Shown here in pieces: positions 27,196-35,155 of a stretch of 64,000 nt of DNA (positions are counted from its first letter, which is position 1; each line of letters begins with the position of its first letter). Origin of the DNA: Fidelibacterota bacterium (lineage in GTDB: Bacteria; Fidelibacterota; UBA8477; JABMPR01); assembly GCA_013203185.1 (NCBI GenBank), contig JABMOS010000145.1, forward strand, positions 8,294 to 72,293, given 5' to 3'. The position numbers and the translations under genes are program-made. A model generated the notes under the pieces. That model ran no database searches. It saw only the letters and a list, made by a program, of their open reading frames with translations, and had not been told where the DNA came from.

Positions 27196-29474
27196 AAGTG
27201 ATTGGACAAGACACTCCACGGGTCGATGGAGAGGCTCTGGTCAGGGGAAATTCAGTTTTCGCTGATGACATTAAATTAAATAATGTCCTTCATGTAAAAA
27301 TTCTCCATAGCCCTGTTGCCCACGCTAATATTCTTAATATTGATGTTTCCAAGGCACAAGCTCTGGAGGGAGTAGAGGCAGTCTTCACCCATAAAGACTT
27401 TACCACACATTACTACACCACTGCAGGCCAGGGTTACCCTGAACCTGGTCCACGAGATATGCGGATTCTAGATTCAACGGTGCGTTTTGTAGGCGATCGT
27501 GTTGCTTTTGTTGCTGCAAAAACCCTTGAAATTGCTGAACAAGCTCTCAGTCTGATTGAAGTGGAATATGAGGAGCTGCCAACCATATTTGATATGGAAG
27601 AGGCCATGACAGCCGATATTGTTCTCCATTCAGAATCTGGTAAAACCGGTATTCACGATGCGGCCCATAATGTGGGAGCCCATCTCGAGGCAGAATTGGG
27701 GCATGTGGATAAAGCCCTTGAATCTTCCAAGTACGTTTTCGAAGGCACATATAGCACACCTTTTGTTCAGATGGCCTCCATAGAACCCCATATTTCATTG
27801 ACCTGGATGGATGAAAATAACCGTCTGGTTATCCGAACTTCCACCCAGGTCCCATTTCATGTACGTCGAATTGTGGCTGAAGTCATGGGCATTCCTGTAG
27901 GGAGGATTCGGGTGATAAAGCCTCGTATCGGCGGTGGATTCGGTGGGAAACAGGAAATCCTCAATGAGGAATTGGTAGCTGCTGTTACTCTGAAAACAGG
28001 TAAACCAGCCCGCATTGAATACACCCGAGCAGAGGAGCTCTTTGCTGCTCGACTGCGACATCCCGAACTGGTGACTTTCCGGTTAGGATTTGATAAAAAT
28101 CAAATTTTGACTGCCATCGACTTGAATATTCTTGAGAATTGTGGTGCCTATGGACCCCATGCCCTCACAGTCATGTCAGTCACCGCACAGAAAGCCTTGA
28201 GTATGTATAAGGCACCTAGTATCCGGGTTAATGGAGATGGTGTTTATACCAATCTACCCATTGGTGGTGCATATCGTGGATATGGTGCTCCTCAGGCATT
28301 CTTCCCTCTGGAAAGCCTCATGGATGAAGCAGCCAGCGCCATGAATATTGACCCCATTGAACTTCGCTTGAAAAACATATTTAAAGTAGGTGATGATATT
28401 CCTATCGCCAAGATTTTGGGTGAGGGACGTGAAGGCTTCCCCATGGTGCTCTATAGCACAGAGGTGGCAGCCTGTCTGAAACAGGGACGTGAGTTAAGTG
28501 GCTGGGATAAGCTTAGAGGCCAAAAGCAAAACGGACGCTATCGAAGAGGTATTGGAGTTGCTGTTGCAGGGCAGGGCTCTGGAATTCCTGGAATTGACAT
28601 GGGCTCAGCCTTTATCAAGATGAATGAAGATGCCAGTTTTAATCTCCAGGTGGGAGCTACGGATATTGGCACTGGATCTGATACAGCTCTTGCTCAAATT
28701 GCTGCAGAGGTATTGGGCGTCCCAGTTGATAAAATTATAGTCTATTCGTCAGATACTGATATGACGCCTTTTGATACAGGCGCTTATGCGTCAAGTACCA
28801 CGTATATATCTGGATCGGCCGTAAAAAAAGCCGCTGAAAACTGTAAAACCATGATTTTGGAACAGGGAAGGTTACTGCTTGACGATACTGAAGCAGTAAT
28901 AGAAGGCACTTTTGTATCAGGAGGGGTTGGAGACAAAATCTCATTCGAAGATATCTGCACAAAAAGTTTTTACACAGATGAGCAAAAACAGATCATGGGA
29001 ACAGCCTCGCATATGAGTTACGATTCTCCACCACCCTTCAATGCAACTTTTGCAGAGGTGGAAGTAGATACACTGACTGGAACTGTACGGGTAATCAAGA
29101 TCGTGTCTGTGACCGATGCCGGCCAGATAATAAATCCCAAAATGGCTGAGGGTCAAATCGAGGGTGGTATTCCACAGGCTCTGGGAATGACACTTTCGGA
29201 ATTCATGCCTTTTGATGAAAAAGGGCGAGCCATCAATCTGGATTTAAACAGTTACCATATATACACGGCTAAGGACATGCCCGAGCTGGTTGTACGATTC
29301 GCAGAATCTCATGAACCAACAGGTCCTTATGGTGCTAAGGCAGTAGCTGAAATCCCCATAAACGCCCCTGCTCCAGCTGTGGCAAATGCGGTGTACAATG
29401 CTGTAGGTGTCCGCATTAAACACCTACCTATTCGTCCAGAAGTATTATTAGCGGGAATCGGCAAGGCTGATTAA
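27192..29474 (+). CDS. Xanthine dehydrogenase family molybdopterin-binding large subunit (set 2)
   Basis: 760 aa. GGGFGGKQE, YRGYGAPQ and AKAVAEIP motifs. Overlaps the Fe-S subunit gene by 4 nt. Confidence 0.9.
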   Translation: MKVIGQDTPRVDGEALVRGNSVFADDIKLNNVLHVKILHSPVAHANILNIDVSKAQALEGVEAVFTHKDFTTHYYTTAGQGYPEPGPRDMRILDSTVRFVGDRVAFVAAKTLEIAEQALSLIEVEYEELPTIFDMEEAMTADIVLHSESGKTGIHDAAHNVGAHLEAELGHVDKALESSKYVFEGTYSTPFVQMASIEPHISLTWMDENNRLVIRTSTQVPFHVRRIVAEVMGIPVGRIRVIKPRIGGGFGGKQEILNEELVAAVTLKTGKPARIEYTRAEELFAARLRHPELVTFRLGFDKNQILTAIDLNILENCGAYGPHALTVMSVTAQKALSMYKAPSIRVNGDGVYTNLPIGGAYRGYGAPQAFFPLESLMDEAASAMNIDPIELRLKNIFKVGDDIPIAKILGEGREGFPMVLYSTEVAACLKQGRELSGWDKLRGQKQNGRYRRGIGVAVAGQGSGIPGIDMGSAFIKMNEDASFNLQVGATDIGTGSDTALAQIAAEVLGVPVDKIIVYSSDTDMTPFDTGAYASSTTYISGSAVKKAAENCKTMILEQGRLLLDDTEAVIEGTFVSGGVGDKISFEDICTKSFYTDEQKQIMGTASHMSYDSPPPFNATFAEVEVDTLTGTVRVIKIVSVTDAGQIINPKMAEGQIEGGIPQALGMTLSEFMPFDEKGRAINLDLNSYHIYTAKDMPELVVRFAESHEPTGPYGAKAVAEIPINAPAPAVANAVYNAVGVRIKHLPIRPEVLLAGIGKAD

Positions 29475-29777
29475 GCATAATATGCCGGTTTATGGGTCTA
29501 GTTCAGTGTAATGTGGGACCTAACAGACCATTTAATGGGACTAATGGTACAATATTTGGATCAAACTCAATATTTTCTGATTCATAGGTAGTTTTCTGAG
29601 TATTAATGGGTGTAGAAAGTTTGCTCGTTTTTGTTGACCATTATACAAAAATAGCAATTGGCATAGCTAGCGTGAATAATATTGAGGCCTAATCAATAAT
29701 TTTACAGGGGTAAGCTGTGGTTTATTAGGGGTAAACAAAAAGGGTGTCATTTATTATATCCCCAGGAAGGAATAAAT

Positions 29778-30347
29778 ATGGAAGATAAAATTCGCTGTGG
29801 TTGGGTACCATTGAACAAGCCAACCTATGTTGAATATCATGATAAGGAATGGGGCGTCCCTGTTAGGGATGACCAAAAAATGTTTGAATTTCTCGTGTTG
29901 GAATCTTTCCAGGCAGGGTTGAGTTGGGAGATCGTTCTCAATAAGCGTGAAAAATTTCGCAATGCCTTTGCTGAATTCGATTTTAACAAAGTCGCTCTGT
30001 TTGATGAAGACAAGGTACAAGCACTGCTCCAGGACAAAGGGATTGTCAGGAATCAGCTTAAAATCAGGGCTGCAATAAACAATGCCCAACGCTATCTGGA
30101 AATTATTGAGGAATTTGGGAGCTTCTGCAAGTATTTTTGGGGGTTCTCAAGTGGAAAGCCTCTAGTAAATCAATTTAGGGTACTTGGTGAAATTCCCACC
30201 AACACGGACCTATCCAATACCATTGCCAAAGATTTAAAGACACGTGGATTTAAGTTTTTAGGGACGACAGTGGTGTATGCACATATGCAAGCTGTGGGCA
30301 TGGTGAATGATCATCTTGAGGAATGTTTTAGATATACTGAGGTGTAA
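29778..30347 (+). CDS. tag: DNA-3-methyladenine glycosylase I
   Basis: 189 aa. CGW...YHDKEWGVP...LESFQAGLSW motifs are diagnostic of Tag. Confidence 0.9.
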   Translation: MEDKIRCGWVPLNKPTYVEYHDKEWGVPVRDDQKMFEFLVLESFQAGLSWEIVLNKREKFRNAFAEFDFNKVALFDEDKVQALLQDKGIVRNQLKIRAAINNAQRYLEIIEEFGSFCKYFWGFSSGKPLVNQFRVLGEIPTNTDLSNTIAKDLKTRGFKFLGTTVVYAHMQAVGMVNDHLEECFRYTEV

Positions 30348-30369
30348 GAGAGATCACAATCGTCACCCT

Positions 30370-30410
30370 GAGCGCGTCGAAGAGTGACTGATAGAGGTTT
30401 CGACGAGCTC
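30370..30410. repeat. REP-like hairpin between convergent tag and dinB (possible bidirectional terminator)
   Basis: GAGCGCGTCGAA (30370-30381) pairs with TTCGACGAGCTC (30399-30410) at 10 of 12 positions. The adjacent GTCACCCTGAGC word belongs to the dispersed repeat family. Confidence 0.5.
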
Positions 30411-30424
30411 AACCTCCAGAGAAT

Positions 30425-31516
30425 TTACACATCCAAGCCCAACGATAATTGCCCATGTGGTTCGCTGAAGTGTGATCCACCGACACCCAATAGGCGTACT
30501 GGCTCTCCTGGCATCCAGTTTTTAACCAATAGCTTCCTGGCAATTCTGAATATCTCAAGACCATCATCCAGGGGTTCTGGAACGGTGTGCTGTCGGGTAA
30601 AGGTCGTAAAATCAGCATAGCGAATTTTTATGGTAATCGTGGCAGCCATAAATTTCTTCTTTTTAAGCTGCTCCCCTACTTTAAAACTCAATTTTTCCAC
30701 TATCTCCAATAGCTCAGATTGATCTTCAATATTCTTTGAAAAGGTTCTCTCAGTGCTAATGGACTTGGTTTCATGATCTTCGTGAACGGGTCGGTCATCA
30801 ATTCCCTTCGACCATCGGCTCATGGCTTCGCCCATTTTACCGAATCGTTGCTTCAGGACATCTTCTTTAATGACTGCCATATCTGCAACTGTGTAAATTC
30901 CATATTTGGCAAGGCGCTCATTGGCTTTGGGACCTATCCCCGGTATTTTCTTCACAGGCAGGGGAGACAGAAAGTCAACTTCAGTGCCTGGCGGAACCAC
31001 TGTGAGCCCATTGGGCTTTTGAAAGTCTGATGCAATTTTAGCTATCATTTTATTTGTCGCTATACCCACTGAAGCAGATAATCCAATATCCCTGGAAATC
31101 TTTAATTGAATCTTCCGGGCAATTTCTGAGGCTTCAACCCATTGATCAACCTCATCACTGAGATCGAGATAAGCTTCATCTATACTGACCTGTTGTATGA
31201 TGGGAGATTCTGCTCTTAGAATTCCCATAATCACTTTTGAGTACATTCGATATAAACCATGTTGAGATGATATAACCACAAGATCTTTGCATCTTCTGCT
31301 GGCCTCAATCATTGGCATGGCTGAGTGGATACCATATTTTCTGGCTGGGTAAGATGCTGCTGCAACCACTCCCCTGTTTTCACTTCGTCCTCCAACGACA
31401 ATCGGCTTGCCTGCGAGAGCAGGATCTCTCAAGACTTCAACTGAGCAAAAAAACGCATCCAGATCCAGATGGACAATTGCACGAGGTTTATTGGTATAGG
31501 GCTGGGGGTTGAGCAT
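30425..31516 (-). CDS. dinB: DNA polymerase IV (Y-family)
   Basis: Start moved to ATG 31516 (MLNPQPY...AIVHLDLDAFFCSVE). SIDEAYLD catalytic motif. Confidence 0.9.
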   Translation of the reverse strand: MLNPQPYTNKPRAIVHLDLDAFFCSVEVLRDPALAGKPIVVGGRSENRGVVAAASYPARKYGIHSAMPMIEASRRCKDLVVISSQHGLYRMYSKVIMGILRAESPIIQQVSIDEAYLDLSDEVDQWVEASEIARKIQLKISRDIGLSASVGIATNKMIAKIASDFQKPNGLTVVPPGTEVDFLSPLPVKKIPGIGPKANERLAKYGIYTVADMAVIKEDVLKQRFGKMGEAMSRWSKGIDDRPVHEDHETKSISTERTFSKNIEDQSELLEIVEKLSFKVGEQLKKKKFMAATITIKIRYADFTTFTRQHTVPEPLDDGLEIFRIARKLLVKNWMPGEPVRLLGVGGSHFSEPHGQLSLGLDV

Positions 31517-31706
31517 CCTTGAATTTAGGATGATACGATGCCCCTGTATAATGGAATATTTTGGCTCCCAATAGCACTGGAGAATCATGTTGATATTTTA
31601 GAATATTCCCAAGAATTTACAGACCAATCCTTGTAATGGGCAATCTCATGGTTTAATTAGCAGGACTCACAATTTTTGAGTCGCATGAAAGGAAAATCTT
31701 AAGCTC

Positions 31707-33803
31707 TTGTCTACTCCCCTGAATACCCAGCGCATTGGAAAACTTCGCAGGCGATTGAATCATAGACGAAGTAGATACGTCCTCCTTCAAAACGCTCTAT
31801 TCAAAATCAAATCATTTGATCAACTCTTTGTGATCATCATCGCCATGCTCATCGGTGTTTTTGCTGGTGTGATTTCGGCTGGATTTAGAACACTCATCGA
31901 CTTTTTCCGTCATACTCTTTGGGGAGAAGGTTCCTTAATTGATGTTGTCAAGGCGGCTCCTCTGTATCTTAAAATTGGAATCCCAGCGGGTGGTAGCGCA
32001 TTGGTCGCCTGGTTTGTTATGCGTTTTGCACCTGAAGCGAAGGGCCACGGGGTGCCAGAAGTTATGAATGCTGTGGCAACTCAAAACGGGTTTATTCGTA
32101 TGCGTGTGGTTATCATCAAAGCTTTTGCTTCCGCCATGTCCATCGCCACGGGTGCTTCCGTAGGGCGTGAGGGTCCCATTGTCCAGATTGGTTCAGCCTT
32201 TGGCTCTACTATTGGTCAAGTATTCCAGGTATCCGTAAGAAGGATGAAAACATTTATCGGTTGTGGTGCTGCGGCTGGCATTGCAGCAACCTTTAACGCT
32301 CCCATTGCTGGAGCTCTTTTTGCATCAGAAGTCATTCTAGGTGATTTTAGTGCCGCAGCAATCGGTCCCATCATTATAGCATCGGTTTTTGGAACTGTTA
32401 TTAGCCGAGCTCTGTATGGGAATTTCCCGGCTTTTGTACCCCCGACCTACACCCTCCACTCTCCCATAGAAATAATATTTTATATCATCTTAGGTCTTGC
32501 TACAGGTGTGGTAGCCTGGATTTTTGTGCGTTCACTCTACAAGACGGAAGACGTTTTCGATAGTTGGAAAGCTCCAGTGGCTCTTAAGGGCTTACTGGGT
32601 GGCGCTCTTCTGGGCATTGTAGCTATTTATCTCCCGGAGATTTTGGGGGTAGGTTACGAAACCATGGATAGAGTGTTAAGTGGCAACATGGGATTAGCCC
32701 TGGCGGCTGGTTTGGTTCTGGCAAAAATATTCGCAACCAGCCTTTCCATGGGATTTGGTGCTTCTGGTGGAGTTTTTGCGCCTTCTCTTTTCATAGGATC
32801 AATGCTGGGAGGTGCAATGGGCGGTGTAATCCATATGCTTTTCCCTGAAATTACTGCCACTAGTGGTGCCTATGCACTGGTAGGGATGGCTGCCATGGTT
32901 GCGGCAACCACCCATGCTCCAGTTACTGCTGTATTAATCATATTCGAGATGACCAAGGAATATACGGTCATTTTACCTCTAATGATTACCAGCATCATTG
33001 CCATGGTGATTTCGTCCAGACTGCTTAAAGGTTCAAATATTTACACTATGAAGCTGCAGAGGCGGGGAATTGATATTTACGGTGGTAAAGACATCAATAT
33101 TCTTGATAAAATCAGCGTAAAAGACTTAAAAAAGAAGATCATTGATACGGTGCCTGAGTCCATGACGCTACAGGAGCTTCTTGAAAAGCTTTCAACAAGT
33201 TCTGCCTTGAATACTTATGTAAAAGATGACATCGGCCAACTTATTGGAATCATCACTCATTCAGCCATGCGCCGGTATTTGAATCATCATGAAGAAATTC
33301 CGGATCATGTAACAGTAAGAGAAATGATGAATCAAAAGTTTGAGGTCATCCACGATGAGACGCCCATTCATGAGGTGCTGAGGAAAATGATCGAAATGGA
33401 TCTGGAAGCCTTACCCGTTGTTGATGAGAACCAATTGCTCCAGGGTGAGGTGGAGCGAACCGCCATCGTACATCAATATCAGGAGTTGTTGATCCATGCA
33501 GAATCAGCCAAAGCCATGGCCAATTCAATGAAATATGTTCACAGGCAGTACCATGAAAAATCTGAAGTGATTCCCGGCTTTTTTCTGGCCAGGATCAATG
33601 TCCCCTCAGCCTTTATTAATCAATCCCTACGTTCGTTAAATGTCCGTCAATCCTACGGTGTGGATATTTTATTAATTAGGCGTGCTGAAGGGAACAAGGA
33701 GCGGGATATCATTCCAGATGTGAATGAAAAGCTACATGCTTCAGATCAGCTGCTCATTTTTGGCGAACAAGTCAAAGTTGAGCTTTTATGCAATACAAAC
33801 TAA
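31707..33803 (+). CDS. ClC-family chloride channel/transporter with C-terminal CBS pair and TrkA-C-like domain
   Basis: GSGIP-equivalent GHGVPEV, GREGP and GxFAP (GVFAPS) selectivity motifs. A CBS-like region lies at about 470-600, followed by a C-terminal RCK_C-like segment. Confidence 0.85.
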   Translation: MSTPLNTQRIGKLRRRLNHRRSRYVLLQNALFKIKSFDQLFVIIIAMLIGVFAGVISAGFRTLIDFFRHTLWGEGSLIDVVKAAPLYLKIGIPAGGSALVAWFVMRFAPEAKGHGVPEVMNAVATQNGFIRMRVVIIKAFASAMSIATGASVGREGPIVQIGSAFGSTIGQVFQVSVRRMKTFIGCGAAAGIAATFNAPIAGALFASEVILGDFSAAAIGPIIIASVFGTVISRALYGNFPAFVPPTYTLHSPIEIIFYIILGLATGVVAWIFVRSLYKTEDVFDSWKAPVALKGLLGGALLGIVAIYLPEILGVGYETMDRVLSGNMGLALAAGLVLAKIFATSLSMGFGASGGVFAPSLFIGSMLGGAMGGVIHMLFPEITATSGAYALVGMAAMVAATTHAPVTAVLIIFEMTKEYTVILPLMITSIIAMVISSRLLKGSNIYTMKLQRRGIDIYGGKDINILDKISVKDLKKKIIDTVPESMTLQELLEKLSTSSALNTYVKDDIGQLIGIITHSAMRRYLNHHEEIPDHVTVREMMNQKFEVIHDETPIHEVLRKMIEMDLEALPVVDENQLLQGEVERTAIVHQYQELLIHAESAKAMANSMKYVHRQYHEKSEVIPGFFLARINVPSAFINQSLRSLNVRQSYGVDILLIRRAEGNKERDIIPDVNEKLHASDQLLIFGEQVKVELLCNTN

Positions 33804-33954
33804 CCAAAATTATCGTTTAACAAGACTATCCAGACAATGGTATGGCCATACTCCCGGGGCATTCTCATGAATGCTTCTCATATTATGCTTTGCAATTGAG
33901 ACTTATTCGCATATACTAGTGCGTGTTAGTAACAATTACGTAAAAAGGATAAAA

Positions 33955-34653
33955 ATGAAATTAAGATCACTTATACTCATGCTCTCTCTCTTCCTGGCTG
34001 CCAATCTTCAGGCAGATGGAAGACGCTATGTTTGGACCTATGAATATCAAACCCTGCATCGTGGTGAGGCTGAGCTAGAGTCCTACACGGAGTTCTCCCA
34101 CCTCGATACGGATTCCGGAAGACAGGCCACCACCACATTGCAGTACGAATATGAAATCGGAATGAATGATCGCTTTGATGTGGGGATATATCAAAAGTTC
34201 AAACAAGCTCACAATTCACCCATTGCTTATGATGGGTTTAAGCTGAGAATGAGATTTAGACTGGGTGAAAAAGGTCGCTGGCCCCTGGACCCCCTGATTT
34301 ATCTCGAATACAAGGACAATGCTGCCTTTGATCATTCTGCCCTTGAAACCAAACTCATCTTAGCTAGAGATTTTGATAAGCTCAACATTTCACTCAACCC
34401 AGTCCTGGAATTTGAATTTGACGAGGAGGAAACCGAGATTGAATTTGAATACACTGCAGGTCTCAGTTATCGGCTTCACCCATTGCTAAGTCTGGGACTT
34501 GAAACCAAAGGCGACGCGGATCAATTCTATTGGGGTCCTACCCTTTCCCATGGAAAAGAGGATTTATGGTTCGCCATTGGGCTGCTGGTTCCTGGCTCTG
34601 AAGATGCCAGTGCTGATCGCCTGATGCGCTTCATTATTGGAGTAGGTCTATAG
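33955..34653 (+). CDS. Secreted protein, possibly an outer-membrane beta-barrel; function unknown
   Basis: Start moved to ATG 33955 (MKLRSLILMLSLFLAANLQA signal peptide). Alternating amphipathic strands, Tyr/Phe-rich. Confidence 0.4.
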   Translation: MKLRSLILMLSLFLAANLQADGRRYVWTYEYQTLHRGEAELESYTEFSHLDTDSGRQATTTLQYEYEIGMNDRFDVGIYQKFKQAHNSPIAYDGFKLRMRFRLGEKGRWPLDPLIYLEYKDNAAFDHSALETKLILARDFDKLNISLNPVLEFEFDEEETEIEFEYTAGLSYRLHPLLSLGLETKGDADQFYWGPTLSHGKEDLWFAIGLLVPGSEDASADRLMRFIIGVGL

Positions 34654-34678
34654 GTAAGACCCTCATGTCTCAGGGCTT

Positions 34679-35146
34679 CTAAGATTTTTTCCAATAATTT
34701 TTGAGAAGCTCTGAGACCCATTGAGGCTGGTTGGTATCCACAGGTAGGAACTCCTGAAAAATAGGCTTAATGTCAAGGATGGGTGAACCATCCACTGCAT
34801 CAAGGCCCTCTACTGTGAGAACCCTCCCATCTACCCTTAAAATCTTTGCTGTACCCAACCCGATCGGATTGGGATGGTAAGAGGACCGCTGGGCTAATAA
34901 TCCCAGTTTCGGCCATGCCGAATTATTACGAGGATGCCTTGAATCTGGCACTTCCTTTTTGGCCGGGATACGGTGAAAAACAAAGATAACCTCAACGTGC
35001 GAGAACGTATCCAGTCCTCTCAATAATTCTGGGGAGAGATCATCTCTAAGACGAATTTTTGAGACAACATCCCCCCAGTCATCATCTTCCAAATGATCTC
35101 GGTCGTTAGAAACATAGGCAATGGGAGCGAATTCGATTTTCTCCAT
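34679..35146 (-). CDS. trmO: tRNA (t6A37-N6)-methyltransferase TrmO/TsaA (YaeB family)
   Basis: 155 aa. FSHVEVIFVFH, RPNPIGL and DGSPILDIKP motifs of the YaeB family. Confidence 0.85.
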   Translation of the reverse strand: MEKIEFAPIAYVSNDRDHLEDDDWGDVVSKIRLRDDLSPELLRGLDTFSHVEVIFVFHRIPAKKEVPDSRHPRNNSAWPKLGLLAQRSSYHPNPIGLGTAKILRVDGRVLTVEGLDAVDGSPILDIKPIFQEFLPVDTNQPQWVSELLKNYWKKS

Positions 35147-35155
35147 GGCTAGGGG

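Noticed and set aside
29754-30089. The minus-strand ORF of 111 aa overlapping tag. Other antisense ORFs inside large genes fall in the same class, for example 6736..7209, 10379..10726, 11350..11730, 18113..18520, 39508..40443, 40980..41219 and 45948..46358.
   Set aside because: Each lies fully inside a well-supported gene on the opposite strand and has no motifs. These are typical shadow ORFs.
31517-31588. The long N-terminal extension of dinB, and similarly 33871-33954 for the secreted protein, 38564-38581 for the HAD hydrolase, 47083-47106 for UbiA and 63067-63102 for proC.
   Set aside because: Internal ATGs give canonical N-termini (a signal peptide or a conserved first motif). The extensions have no conservation-like features.
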